Positions 49,501-60,547 are shown, counted from the whole stretch's first letter. The stretch is 63,780 bases of DNA, filler included, from Folioceros fuciformis (GCA_049999805.1; 15 parts of 15 records of this genome joined end to end with filler, not necessarily neighbours in it); one strand, 5' to 3'. The notes: generated from the sequence alone by a model not told the origin. Translations and numbers: made by a program.

Positions 49501-49892
49501 TCTGGACAAGCAACCATGGTGAACACGTTCATCGCCTCCTGCAATCTGCCATGTGCAGCATACATTCGCAGGATATGGTTGCACAGAAACTTGTCCGACT
49601 GGTACCCGCTCTTCATCGTGAAAGCATGTACGCGGCGCCCCAGAAAAAGATCTCTGCCCACTGCGCACTTCTTGAGGACGGTACAGAAAAGAGAGATGGA
49701 AATGCAGCAGTCTGTCTCCACCAGGACTCCCAAAGCCTCCACAGCCGCAATGAGGAGGCCCCCATCACAGAGCCTGCTCACGGTATCAACAGTAAGGGTG
49801 CTGTGGTACTCGGCAGGAGCAGAGCTAACAGAGTCGAAATTTTCCAGCAAGCTGCAGTTGGATTCGGTGACACGACGATCCATCTCCACCAA
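46518..49892 (-). CDS. PLS-class PPR protein with E1/E2, WW-type PG box and degenerate DYW; putative organellar RNA-editing factor
   Basis: About 8 PLS triplets; HYTCMVDLLGRAG, VWHTLLNAC, KQPGQSFWTDMDGLVHSF; no HxE or CxxC. Confidence 0.93.
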   Translation of the reverse strand: MVEMDRRVTESNCSLLENFDSVSSAPAEYHSTLTVDTVSRLCDGGLLIAAVEALGVLVETDCCISISLFCTVLKKCAVGRDLFLGRRVHAFTMKSGYQSDKFLCNHILRMYAAHGRLQEAMNVFTMVACPDSFMWSSIISAHVKNGQDRQAFELYARMRRTGVKADSHVFVAALQACARASDLKAGQQVHADVLASGIKPHLFVSNCLVHMYVKCGSLEEAHKVFDGLAHKDVVTWTALIGGYSQSGLGQEALSLYSVMQEEGVAVPNAVTFVCLLQACATVGAPALDKGKELHTQIQTLGHQADVFVSTSLVTMYVKCGSFKDAQGVFDGLAQKDVVTWNAMIAGCSQLGLAHRAFRLYSAMQEDGTAVPNSVTFLCLLQACASIGTLALEKGKKLHGHIRERGYDGDVVLANCLVNMYAKCDSLEDAQGVFDGLVQKDVVTWNALISGYARQGKGQDALRLFSAMQEEGISLPDSVTFVSLLQACASLGNPALEKGKQLHMLIRKQGHEADVFVASSLVHMYSKCGSMEDAETVFGRFGQKNVVTWTTMLASYSQQGLGQKALDLYSAMLDEGMAVPNAVTFVCLLQACAGVGNLALEKGKQLHLQIREQGHETDVFVANSLVNMYAKCGSLQDAQKVFDSLDDKDVVSWNAMIAGYSQKGMGQEALVLYSAMQDSGVAVPDSMTFVFLLQACASVGTPALEKGKHLHKQITEHGHETDVFVASSLVNMYAKCGSLEHAQRVFDSLAQKNVVTWTAMIAGYSEQGIGREALRLYNAMQEEGIAVPDSVTFVCLLQACANMAALHLGRQLHAQIIAQGIEADKFVGGSLINMYGKCGSMVNAQQVFDALPKRDVSAWCALIAGYASQGDSQVVFDLVQEMRKENTQPVGITFLSVLTVCSHAGLVRKGREFFDAMSSQYGISPTLEHYTCMVDLLGRAGQLDEALAFIRSMPLVPNAAVWHTLLNACLKWSNVEVGRYAFNEGEKLDKKDAAAYVSMSNIYTGAHMWEQAQEMQARRLRNRAWKQPGQSFWTDMDGLVHSFLVGGKQHLRSQARLMKQTNLKMKNGCVPHLDPSPPNTSNDGKGEHLLGQKLVIPSALSNTPEQVPVRSYYVQGCVFGGHVVV

Positions 49893-50508
49893 AGCTTTAG
49901 CAGAAGCCAGATGGTCGCTGTTGTTATCTTCCCTGCCATTTTATCTAAGTGTCACGTGCACAATAACGGAGCCACAAGAGCTCCAGGCGACCAACCTTGC
50001 TGCGAGAGTTTGTGTCCACTTAGACATCTTGGCAGACGATGTATTCCAGCTTTGGTTCATCCAGGTCAAAAACCAACAGACCCGAAGCGGGGCTCCTAGC
50101 TCCGCGCCTGTCTCTGCTGGCCCCATCAAGCAACCATGCATTTGCAGCTGCACCGTGGATTGCATGAACTGGAAGTCCATTGAAACGCGATTCAGTCATT
50201 TGCGCACGCGTCTTTCAAACGAAGTAAGTTGAAAATGTTTTATCTTCCTTTGGCACGAGTGCTGCTCCCCATACGTGGATCCCCACCATGTGTGCTCATT
50301 AAGTACATACAAGTGTGCAGCTCCAGCCGGATGGCAATGTGTGCAGACTATGTGGAGCCTGTTGAAGCCATCTTCCCAAGGTGCTCTCCGAGCCTATCCT
50401 TATGCCGTGTGCACCATCAGCATAATGACATCGTGTCTATATGGTGGGTACTTTCTCTCTTGAAAGGCATTCTGGGCAGAGTGTAGTGCCTCCGGTGCCA
50501 TCAGGCTA

Positions 50509-53283
50509 ATGCCCGGATGTCTGGCAATTTCTCATCAAAATCCTAGTAGGCACGCTGCCATCTCTTACGAGAATCAACTTGTTCCCCTGGGCGAGCAGCA
50601 AGTTCATGCGCTTGCATCCAAGTTGTGGGCCTTCTTTCCTTGCGAGGAAGGGATTATGCATGCTGGGACTCCACCGGAATCAGTGTGGAGACCTTGCCAT
50701 GTCCAGCCAATTCCCTGGCATTCGGTGCCAATCAGTTCTCTTGCATCGGGAGTTGGTAATGGTATCCAAGAGATCGGTAGCCCTGCGGTTCAAATGTCGG
50801 AAAGGACCCAGAGAACACGTTGGCTGCAGGATAGTAGTTCTCCACAACGGGCACATCCCGAAAGGAGTACTGGCAAAGGTAGCGGCACCATCGTTGCAGG
50901 TGAGAGCAAGCTGGATGATGTCTTTGCCATGACAGAGTCTGGGCGAGGAGAGGACTTCTGGAAGACCCTGATATTGCAACATACTAAGAGTGGTCGAGGT
51001 GCAGACGCTCTGAAATTGTACAAGGAGATGCGAAATGATGGCGTGGATCCAGGGCCACATACTTTCGTGGCACTGTTGAAGGCGTGCAGTAGCTTGCAGG
51101 ACCTAAAAAATGTCAAGGAGGTCCACGCAGAAGTGGTTAGAAGTGGGCTTGAGACAGATGTCTATGTGGGCACTATGCTTGTTGACGTGTATGCAAAATG
51201 TGGGAGTGTGGAGAATGCGAGGCGGGTGTTTGAGGAAATGCCTCAGCGTGATGTGGTTTCCTGGAATGCCATGATTTTGGGGTATGCACATACGGAGAAG
51301 GGTGATGAGGCTTTGCATTTGTACGCAATGATGCAACAGGCTGGTATGGCCCCCAACAACCGAACTTATGTTGGAGTCCTTAAGGCCTGCAGCACGATTG
51401 CAGAGTTGGGGTGGCGAAATGGCGGTGACGAAATGCTTGCTAAACAACAGTGCTTGAAGACCGTGAGAGGCATCCACAATGAAATTGAGAAGGGGAAGTT
51501 TGACTCTGATGTCTTCGTGATGAACATGCTGGTCGATGCGTATGTGAAATGTGCGAGCCTGGAGGACGCTAGGCGGGTGTTTGAGCAATTGCCTTCTCGC
51601 AATGTGGTTTTGTGGAATACCATTATCTTGGGGTACTCGCAGATGGAGCAGGGTGAGGAGGGATTGCAATTGTACTCACGAATGCAGCAGGAGGGTGTGG
51701 TACCAGACGACCGAACATACGTCAGTGTACTAAAGGCTTGCAGTACCATTGCAGAGGTGGGGAAAAAGAATGGGCATGACAAGCTTCTCGTAACGAAACA
51801 ATGCCTGGAAACAGTGGTAGCCATCCATGCAGATGTCAGGAGGGGTGGAGTAGAGGGAAATTTGTTCGTGGGAAATATGCTAGTGGATGCTTACTCAAAA
51901 TGTGGGAGCCTCGAGAGTGCCAGGCGGGTTTTCGAGGAAATGCCTTGTCGGGACGTTGTTTCCTGGAATGCCATGATCTCGGGTTACGCCCAGGTGGAGA
52001 AGGGCGAAGAGTCTTTGCTCCTGTATACACGGATGCAACAGGAAGGTGTTATTCCGGACAATCGAACTTACGTTGCTGTGCTTAAGGCTTGCAGTGCCAT
52101 AGCAGGTTTGTGGGGCTCAATGGCCGATAACGACATGAAACAACGATGCCTGGAAATGGTGACATCCATCCATGCAACTGTTGGGAAGGACAAGTATGGG
52201 TCAGATGTATTCGTGGGGACGATGCTGGTGGATGCGTATGCCAAATGTGGAAGCCTGGAGAATGCTAGGAATGTGTTTGAGCAGATTCCTCATCGAGACG
52301 TGGTTTCCTGGAATGCTATGATTCTCGGGTACGCTCAGTTGGAAAAAGGTGAAGAGGCTTTGCAGCTGTACACTCGGATGCAGCAAGAAGCTGTGGTCCC
52401 AGATGACAGGACATATGTAGGTGCTCTCAATGCTTGTGGTGCTGTGGCAGGACTAGAGAAGGGAAGGGAGATTCATGCACAGATTGTGAAGACTGGCCTA
52501 GATGCTGGACCATTTATAGCAAATAGTTTGATCGACATGTACGGAAAATGTGCGAGCATGGTTGATGCACAACAGGTATTTGATGCAATGCCCACAAGAG
52601 AAGTTGTGACATGGAATGCATTGCTTGTGGGATATGCACGTCAGGGGGAGAGTGAAGCTGTCTTCGATCTGTTCAACAGGATGAAGGAAGAGGGTGTGCA
52701 GCCCGACGACGTCACCTTTCTCGCTATCCTCAGTGTGTGCAGTCATGTGGGTCTTGTGGATACGGGCAAGCAGTACTTTGATGCGATGAGAACAGAGTAT
52801 GCGATAAAGCCCACCATCCAGACCTTCAATTGCTTAGTTGACCTTCTTGGGCGTGCTGGCCAAGTCCAGAAGGCAATGGAGATGGTGAAAGTTATGCCTT
52901 TTCAAGCAAATCTGCCATTGTGGAAATCTGTTCTGGGTGCTTGTCAAAAGTGGGGAATGGTTGAGCTTGGGAGACACGCATTTGAATGTGCAGTGAAGGT
53001 AGATAAAAGTGATGCTGCACCATATGTGTTGATGTCAAACATCTATGCAGCAGCTGACATGCCTGAGCAGGCAGAGCAAATTCAGTCGCTGCGAGTGACA
53101 TCCCGAGCATGGAAAGAGCCAGGGCGGAGCTGGTGGACAGACATGAACGGTATCGCTCACGTCTTTGTTGTCGGAGACCAAGTTCATCCTGAAAGCAGCG
53201 ACATATATGGTAAAATAGGGGACCTTTTGGCGAAAATGGAGGCAGCAGCACTTGGATATTGTGTTGGAAAGTATCCCAGATGA
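50509..53283 (+). CDS. PLS-class PPR protein with E1/E2, PGRSWWTD box and truncated DYW
   Basis: PLS triplets; FNCLVDLLGRAG; KEPGRSWWTDMNGIAHVFVVGDQVHP; start codon uncertain. Confidence 0.93.
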   Translation: MPGCLAISHQNPSRHAAISYENQLVPLGEQQVHALASKLWAFFPCEEGIMHAGTPPESVWRPCHVQPIPWHSVPISSLASGVGNGIQEIGSPAVQMSERTQRTRWLQDSSSPQRAHPERSTGKGSGTIVAGESKLDDVFAMTESGRGEDFWKTLILQHTKSGRGADALKLYKEMRNDGVDPGPHTFVALLKACSSLQDLKNVKEVHAEVVRSGLETDVYVGTMLVDVYAKCGSVENARRVFEEMPQRDVVSWNAMILGYAHTEKGDEALHLYAMMQQAGMAPNNRTYVGVLKACSTIAELGWRNGGDEMLAKQQCLKTVRGIHNEIEKGKFDSDVFVMNMLVDAYVKCASLEDARRVFEQLPSRNVVLWNTIILGYSQMEQGEEGLQLYSRMQQEGVVPDDRTYVSVLKACSTIAEVGKKNGHDKLLVTKQCLETVVAIHADVRRGGVEGNLFVGNMLVDAYSKCGSLESARRVFEEMPCRDVVSWNAMISGYAQVEKGEESLLLYTRMQQEGVIPDNRTYVAVLKACSAIAGLWGSMADNDMKQRCLEMVTSIHATVGKDKYGSDVFVGTMLVDAYAKCGSLENARNVFEQIPHRDVVSWNAMILGYAQLEKGEEALQLYTRMQQEAVVPDDRTYVGALNACGAVAGLEKGREIHAQIVKTGLDAGPFIANSLIDMYGKCASMVDAQQVFDAMPTREVVTWNALLVGYARQGESEAVFDLFNRMKEEGVQPDDVTFLAILSVCSHVGLVDTGKQYFDAMRTEYAIKPTIQTFNCLVDLLGRAGQVQKAMEMVKVMPFQANLPLWKSVLGACQKWGMVELGRHAFECAVKVDKSDAAPYVLMSNIYAAADMPEQAEQIQSLRVTSRAWKEPGRSWWTDMNGIAHVFVVGDQVHPESSDIYGKIGDLLAKMEAAALGYCVGKYPR

Positions 53284-56124
53284 TGACAGCACCATTTGGT
53301 GTTGTCTTGCTGTCGCTAAAATGATCCTGAAACAGCTTAAGGCACAGTCCTGTCTGTGCTGGAAAGTTGTGGTCATGAAAGTTTGCCGCAAGGATTGGAG
53401 AGCTTGCGGAGAAGCAAGCCACGTTGATGCACAGCTGTTACCTGCAGATGGTGGTACCCCGAATCACTCATTCCAGATTTGCAGACCACCCAAAACATTC
53501 CACAGAGCAAGTGATTCGCCTCCCTTTGAGAGCTCGACATGTGTAAACTCTGCTTGATGGTTTTCTGGACCTCCATCTTAGCCACCAACATGCATCTCAA
53601 ACATATCAGGCTCTGTGGGCCGACTGGGACCTAAGGTTAGCATTGGGGCCAGGGTCAGGCATCATCTGCTTTCCCTCCCCCATCCAGTGGTTGTGTTATG
53701 TAACATCGTCCGTTCTTGCTTCGCTCGTGCTGCAGGTCCTAGCGTTGTGAATTCGGGGATGGCTTTCTATCTGATGTTCCTTTCAAGTTTATACCACTCA
53801 GTGCATCAGACTCCTGGACTTTGCTGCACTGTCACGGCGATGTGCTCCAGCATGCTGCACCATCCACACCAGCCAAGGCAGGTCTATTCACAAACTTACC
53901 GAAGGAGTGACCAGATGCGCAGGAGGAGGGGCCAGATGCACAGGCAGCATGACTGATTGTGCAAAGGCTGGAGGGAGTTTTGGCTGTCACCAGTGTACCG
54001 CTTCATGAAAGCACAGGGCCGAGGTACTCATTCTGTAGACAGGAAAGCAAGATGGATAGCAGCGAGCATATCCCACACCGCGATAGTTCACTGGTCTGCA
54101 CGCCCCTTGATAACGAGGTTAGTCCCTAAACATCGATCCTCCGTGCCTGACACGTGGAGACCAGGTTCGCCTCTGGCTGGCGGAGAATAATTATGGCCAT
54201 AATGTAAGCGCCCGCAACCTTCGCCACACACGTACAGTACAGACTCAATTGAAAGGATGTTTCCGAGGCCCTAGGATTGTGGAGGCGTATGAGGTGGCCA
54301 ACCATTAACCAAAAGTACTTTAAAATCACATACGTGGTTTATGAACCAGCTTGGGACATTCGTTCTTTGGCGATGCTGAGTCCCCCGACGCATCCGGAAA
54401 CACACCTGGTCAGGCGGGAGCCTGCGCTGGCAAGGCGTGGCGTCGTGGCCATCAGCGCCGACCCCGCGACCTCGACGGCTTCGCGTGGTCCATGCAATTC
54501 GGAAAAGCAAGTGACCTTTGGCCGGCGGAGTGCGTTCACCTTCCAGCATTCCGCTTCGAGGAAGGAAACCCGGTGTTCGGCAGCAGTCGAGCTCCAGCTC
54601 ACAGCAAACCCCAAACTGGCCCTAACCGGATGGCGCAATTAGAGAAGCGCGAAATCCTCTCCCAGTTTCAACCAGAGTCTGCGACGAAGCGTAGTAGGCT
54701 GATCTCGCGGGACCTGCCTCCGCCTTTCACAGCATCCATCCGTCGTGCAGCCTTGCCATCGTGACTCCAGAGATCTCAGTGTTCCCTCCACGGGAGGTCT
54801 AACCCTAACACTCGAAACGCGTCTCAAAACCTTGACAAAACGTGCTCTTCCACCTCAAAGCTTGCGGCTCCGGGTTTATTCTGCAACGCGTCTCACAGCC
54901 ATTATCTTTTTCCATCCTTATGAATGAAACATGACGTGAAAGCATGTTCTGGTAGGTAGATCATTCCAGTTCTGTTCTCAAGATGCCGGAGCCAGAAAAC
55001 AACCTAGTCCCCGTCTTCGATTTGACGCCAGAGTGTTGAGTTTGTTGAGGATGTTCTGAACGCCGGTGCCATCAGGACAGGCCGACATGCACTTCACCGG
55101 TCCAGCTAGAAGACTTGAGAAACAGAGAGGAAGCACGTACATTCATACGGAAGAAAATTGGGATTCATACAGGCGTATGCCGTATGTTGAGATGGATGTA
55201 TGCCCCGGCAACAGGCCATGGGAAAGAAGAAAGAAGTGGAAGTTACGCTTGTCATTGTTCAGTGCGCTTAGTTTACGCAGAGACCGAGCGAGACGCGCGT
55301 GGAAACGGGGGCAGAGACGGCGAGGATGTTTCCGAGGAAACGCTAACTGTTTGTGAAGCAGCACGCCGGCAGTAGATAGATATATATCACTGGGCGAGGC
55401 AAGGCTGCGTTGTGTCAGGTTCTCGGCAGCTCGTCAGTGGCCGTTTGCTTCCGCTGTGGTGTTGGAGCGCGGGGGCGCGGCGGCCTCGGGACGCGCACTT
55501 TCTGAGACGACGCCATCGTTGCAGCCGGCGTGAGCTGTACGATTTCGGTCCCTCCGTCTCTCCTTTTCCGGATCTGGAGGTTAGCTCGCGTTTGCCGTGA
55601 AGATGATGTGTTTTCTGCATCAATTTGACGCCTAGCACGCATGCCGGGAGCTGCAGCTGAGGGCTTTCACTAGGCTTGCCAGGACGGGACAGATCTGTGC
55701 TGGTGTGGCCTCAGACGACGGGATTTTTGCACGGTTCTGTGTCACGGAGGGTCGGGGAGGTGTATGGGATGCTGCAGCGGACAGTGCTGCAGTGCTGGTG
55801 GTGTGATAGAGCCGGCGCTCCAACGCGGGACGGATTTCGCTCCGAGTTTGAATTCGTGAGCTTGCAGCGGGGGTAGGAGGGTCTGGTGCGCTCGAGACGG
55901 AGCTGGATGCGGGGGCTATCATTCGAGGTACTTACTTGTTTGGATCGGGGCTTGTTATTTTCGTGTGGAGGGGGGCTGGGGAAATGTTCGTCAAGGTTCA
56001 GGCTATGTTATTGTTCACTTGCTGACGTCGAGGGTTTGGTATCAGGGATTGCTCGAGAAAGGTGCACACGTGTTTAGTACGAAGCGGAGGCTGATTCGCT
56101 TGGAGTGAGCTGCTCTGAAGGAAA

Positions 56125-57051
56125 ATGAATGACCTTTTGGGAGACGGTGGTCCGGGTAGAGATGGGGCCAACGGATTTGATTTGGAAGCGGGAATATCAG
56201 GAGCTCCCCCGTCTCCTGCCCCTGGCCCCGGGGACGTTTCTGCTCAGAACATGGCTAAGTTTCTTCAAGAGGTGAATGATGTGAAAAATTCCATGGCACA
56301 GATCCGATTGGGATTGCAGAAGCTTGAGGACTCGCATGCGGAGAGCAAGGCGGTTACCAAGGCCAGTGCTATGAAGGATGTGAAGGAGAAGATGGACCGA
56401 GATGTGGATGAGATCAGCAAGCTTGCACATTCGCTGAGGTCGAAGATAGAGGCCCTGGACCGGGCTAACATCGCCAGCCGAAAGGTGAAGGGCTGTGAGG
56501 AAGGGTCCAGCACTGACAGGACGAGGATGTCCGTCACCGCAACTCTGAAGAAGAAGTTGAAGGGGCTCATGGACGAGTTCCAAGCTCTGAGGCTGAAGTT
56601 CCAGGATGAGTATCGAGAAGTTGTGGAGAGGAGATATTACACGGTGACCGGGCAGAAGCCTGATCAGGCTACCATCGAGCACTTGATAGACACCGGAGAC
56701 AGCGAGCAGATCTTCCAAAGAGCCATCCAACAGCAGGGCCGCGGGCAGATTTTGGAGACCATAGCTGAGATTCAGGAGCGCCATGATGCCGTCAAGGACA
56801 TAGAGAGAAAGCTGCTGGAGCTCCATCAGGTGTTCCTGGACATGGCAGTGCTTGTGGAGGCCCAAGGAGACCTCATCGACAATATCCAGAATCAGGTGAG
56901 CAGGGCTGTCGATCATGTTACTGAAGGGACTGTCCATCTACAGAAGGCTAAGAAATTCCAGAAGAGCTCCAGAAGATGCATGTGCTTCATGATCGTCCTC
57001 CTGCTCATCATCATCTTGGTAGTTTTGCTCGTTGTCCATCCCTGGAAGTGA
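56125..57051 (+). CDS. SYP13: Qa-SNARE syntaxin of the SYP1 family (SYP13-like); intronless CDS
   Basis: MNDLL N-peptide, DRTR, RRYYTVTG, TGDSEQIFQRAIQQQGRGQ, IQERHDAV, FLDMAVLVEAQG and a C-terminal TM helix. Confidence 0.93.
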   Translation: MNDLLGDGGPGRDGANGFDLEAGISGAPPSPAPGPGDVSAQNMAKFLQEVNDVKNSMAQIRLGLQKLEDSHAESKAVTKASAMKDVKEKMDRDVDEISKLAHSLRSKIEALDRANIASRKVKGCEEGSSTDRTRMSVTATLKKKLKGLMDEFQALRLKFQDEYREVVERRYYTVTGQKPDQATIEHLIDTGDSEQIFQRAIQQQGRGQILETIAEIQERHDAVKDIERKLLELHQVFLDMAVLVEAQGDLIDNIQNQVSRAVDHVTEGTVHLQKAKKFQKSSRRCMCFMIVLLLIIILVVLLVVHPWK

Positions 57052-57690
57052 GGGGACGTGCGTATTCCTTTCAGTCCTCGAAGTTCAAGAGCTCGCGAGG
57101 GGACGTCCACATATCGCAGCCGACTCTGGAGACGTGGAATCCCAAGTCTTTGTAGGATTTGTGTGCCATTATGTGTAATATAGTTGAGGGTTACGTAACA
57201 AACCCTGATTGATTATCCCGTGGATGTGCGATTTCCTGGATTAGCACTGCTCTTCTCGAGTTCAGAGACTTCGTAGAGACACGAAAGTACTGGGACCCAG
57301 TCCAGTTTGCGGGGCGGCTCCCGAGAGTGGGATTCCTGGCTCAAGAAACGGAAAGAAAGGGCAGCACCCAGATCGAGCATGAATCAGGATGATGGTGTTT
57401 ATGGTAGTGAAAGGATGGCATATGACTATTCTGCACTTGGATATGCGTAAATGACGGAAATTAAACCCAAAGCCAAGAAAATAACCTGTTCTGTTATGGA
57501 ATGAAGAGAGGAGCTGAAACAATGGGTTCCAATGGATATCAATGGCAGTGTTTCTCTGCCCACTGTTCTGATTTCGTCCTAGGAGGATAAACAAACATTG
57601 TGCGGTCAAATTTCCCCCAACCCCTGCGCCTGGAAGTAGTCTTCCTCTCCGCCCAGTCAGGTAGGTCTTGGTACGCGTCGGTCTTCAACC

Positions 57691-58143
57691 ATGCTGGCAG
57701 ATGAGACCGAGAAGGAGCCACCAGGCTCGGGCTGGACCAAGACTCTGTACGGAGGAAAGCAGCAGGGCTACGAGGACAACTACACAGACGCGTCTTTCCT
57801 GGAAGCTATGGTGGTGAACGCCAACGTGGTGGAACGAGACATGGTCACTGTGGTGCGAGACTCGGTGCCAATTTCGCAGCACTTCTGCGTGGTGGCTGTG
57901 GTTGCCGTGGTTTGGACGCATGCACTGAACGGCGGAATCGACTCATCTTTGCTCCTCTGGGTGGATGCCATCGTCGTGCTGCTCGACTTCCTAGTGCTTC
58001 TCATCACCAACAGGAAGGGCTTGCTTCCGGCGTCTGTTTTGAGCAGCCTGAGGAACTTGGGCCTCTTCGTCAGCGTGCTCTATGTGCTGAGCCCTATTTT
58101 CCAGACCCTCACGAGGTCCATCAGCTCGGACTCCATCTGGGCT
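57691..58143 (+). CDS. PIGC: Phosphatidylinositol N-acetylglucosaminyltransferase subunit C (GPI2/PIG-C), 3' truncated
   Basis: W.K.LYGGKQQGYEDNYTDASFL...LSPIFQTLTRSISSDSIWA. Confidence 0.9.
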
Positions 58144-58894
58144 NNNNNNNNNNNNNNNNNNNNNNNNNNNNNNNNNNNNNNNNNNNNTTAATTAATTAAN
58201 NNNNNNNNNNNNNNNNNNNNNNNNNNNNNNNNNNNNNNNNNNNATCTTCATCGGCGCACACTGCCCTAGCAATTATTGGTAGGACTTAGCCTCTTGGTAG
58301 GTGTGCGTAGTTAAAGTTGGTGGCGCCTAGTGTGAGAGAAGGGTAGCCCACCACCTACATGTAGGAGAGGGTTCATATGTCGATCTCTCCTATAAGGAGG
58401 GGCTACACAAAAAAATGAACCACCACATTCTGCACTCTTCTCATGGCGAGTTCTCATGCTCAGCAGAGTGTAGGAATCTTGTTGCCGACTATGTGCCATC
58501 ACAGTGCCTGGTTGTGGCTATAGTTGCAGTGGTCGAAGTGCTTGGCGGAGGGCTCATGTTCTTCCTTGGGCACCCCTGCAAGTTGCTTCCCATGTGAATG
58601 GTTGTTGTGTGGCAATACCTATGTGGCTGTTGGCTTGAGGGTAGACTCCAGGGAAAGACTCCCTAAAAGTTCTCGCTAATAAGTGCAAGCACACAACAAC
58701 CGGCCCAAGGAAAAACTTGTTGGCCGTTTTTTGGATTGTAAGTGTTTCGAATAGTGAACCAACTTTCGTAAGCCTGCGTGGACATCCTAGCGGAAGGGGG
58801 AGTTGCGAGTGCCCTTTCTGTTGCCGATCGCAAAGGTTCTTGTGGTGTTTGGTTGGGAGTGTTGGACGTAGAGAAACGAGCAGTTGGATCGTGT

Positions 58895-59130
58895 GGAAGG
58901 TGTTGTGAGGAGACTTGTGGGGAAAGGTGTTGGGTATAGGAAGCTAAAAATCGGTAGGGGAGGTACTAGGGCCCTTCCAAGTGAAGGAATGGTGCCTACC
59001 TACTGACTGGACGTGAGGAAGGTGTTGTAGGGAGCCTTGTGAGGAAAAGGGATTGAGTGTAGGAAGGTAGAAATCGGTAGGGGAGGTACTGGGGCCCTTC
59101 CAAGTGAAGGAATGGTGCCTACCTACTGAC
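58895..59130. repeat. Tandem duplication of about 122 bp
   Basis: GGAAGGTGTTGT...GGGCCCTTCCAAGTGAAGGAATGGTGCCTACCTACTGAC occurs twice. Confidence 0.85.
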
Positions 59131-59334
59131 GGGACGTGTTGCAGGATTGGTAGGTACGTGGTAGGGAGGGTTGACTATTGTAGGGGAACGATATACACAG
59201 TTGACCAGGCTCAGAGGAGAGCGATTCCGGGGAAGCCTACAACGACCGTGGGATTGATGTGGCCACGATACATGTGAGCGGGTGCCTGGTAGGGATACCA
59301 CACCCACTTGCCCACAATGCATAGGGAGGTGCAG

Positions 59335-60088
59335 CATGTGCTTATCAGCATATCTCTTTTGACGTGTTTGAGCCTTGGCTAATATCTTTTGGGCAACCTC
59401 ATGCCTAGCCTTCAACTGCTCAACAAACTAGCGTAGATCTCTGGTAGTAATGTCGAAAACTTCAGCATTTAGCATGGATACCATATCTAAAGCTGAATTT
59501 CCACTCATCTCAAAGGGACTACATTCGAGGGAGCTATGTATTGTGTTATTGTAACAAAACTCCGCATTATCAAGATAATCAACCCAATCTCTCTGATCAA
59601 TCTGCACAGAGTGCCTCAAATATTCTTCTTAGATTCGGTTGACTCGCTCAGTTAATCCATCAGTATCTGGATGGTATGCAGTACTCATGCATAGCTGCAC
59701 ATTCAAACTTTTCATCAAGTGTTGCCAAAACTCTTCTGTGAATCTTGGATCTCTATCGCTCATAATCTGCACGGACAAGCCATGATACTTGTACACATAC
59801 TTTTTGAACAAGTTTGCTGCCTCAGAAGCGGTCACTCACTTCTTGGTGGGGATGAAGTGTGCTTGTCTGGTGAATCTATCCACCACTGTCATGATGGCTG
59901 TAAATCCATTACTAGGAGGCAAGGGCGTGATGAAGTCCATAGAAATACTTTTCCATGGGCATCTTTGGATAGGTAGAGGCTGTAATAAACCTCTCAACTT
60001 AGCCTACTCAACCTTATCCTGCTAACAAACAGCACATGCCTTGACATAATCCAATGTACCTTGATACATTCCTTGCCAATAGAAACGT
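59335..60088 (-). mobile_element. Ty3/gypsy integrase remnant
   Basis: [55 protein letters not shown]. Confidence 0.92.
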
Positions 60089-60447
60089 TGTGAACCTCCA
60101 AAGTTTGGGGTAGTAGTTTGTTTTGGTTGAAAAAGGGTTGATAGTGGTATGGTTTGGTTTTCTTTTTCTACTTATTTTCCTTTATTTTCTGGTCATTTTT
60201 CCTATTTTTCTTTGTGCTAATTAGGTTAATTGACCAGGAAATAATTGGTTTGGTTATAAGAGTGGGTATAGGTTTAGTCCAAGACCTGGGAAAGTTTAGG
60301 TCCGGTACCGGGCCATAGGGCTGGGAAAGTTTGAGTCTAGGACTGGTGATTAGTTTAATATTAATTAAAGATATATAATATTAATGATTAAATAATAATA
60401 TAATGGTCTGAACATAGGAACGGAAATATGTGGGGTATATCAATGTC
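60089..60447 (+). repeat. TGTGAACCTCC LTR-like terminus (copy 3), inserted into a gypsy integrase
   Basis: Reverse complement of 22564-22922. Confidence 0.85.
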
Positions 60448-60547
60448 NNNNNNNNNNNNNNNNNNNNNNNNNNNNNNNNNNNNNNNNNNNNTTAATTAAT
60501 TAANNNNNNNNNNNNNNNNNNNNNNNNNNNNNNNNNNNNNNNNNNNN

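Noticed and set aside
49941-50180. 79-aa ORF in frame with the downstream PPR, separated from it by one TAA
   Set aside because: Cannot distinguish a lost N-terminal extension, an intron or chance; no recognisable motif.
46518-53283. U-to-C (DYW:KP) editing factors
   Set aside because: The boxes read PGxS(W/F)WTD rather than KPAxA, and catalytic residues are absent.
46588-53422. Antisense and alternative-frame ORFs overlapping the PPR genes (also those over the GDSL and syntaxin genes)
   Set aside because: Shadow ORFs of real coding sequence on the other strand or frame.
53600-56100. Short ORFs between the PPR and the syntaxin
   Set aside because: No recognisable protein family; probably intergenic, UTR or intron sequence.
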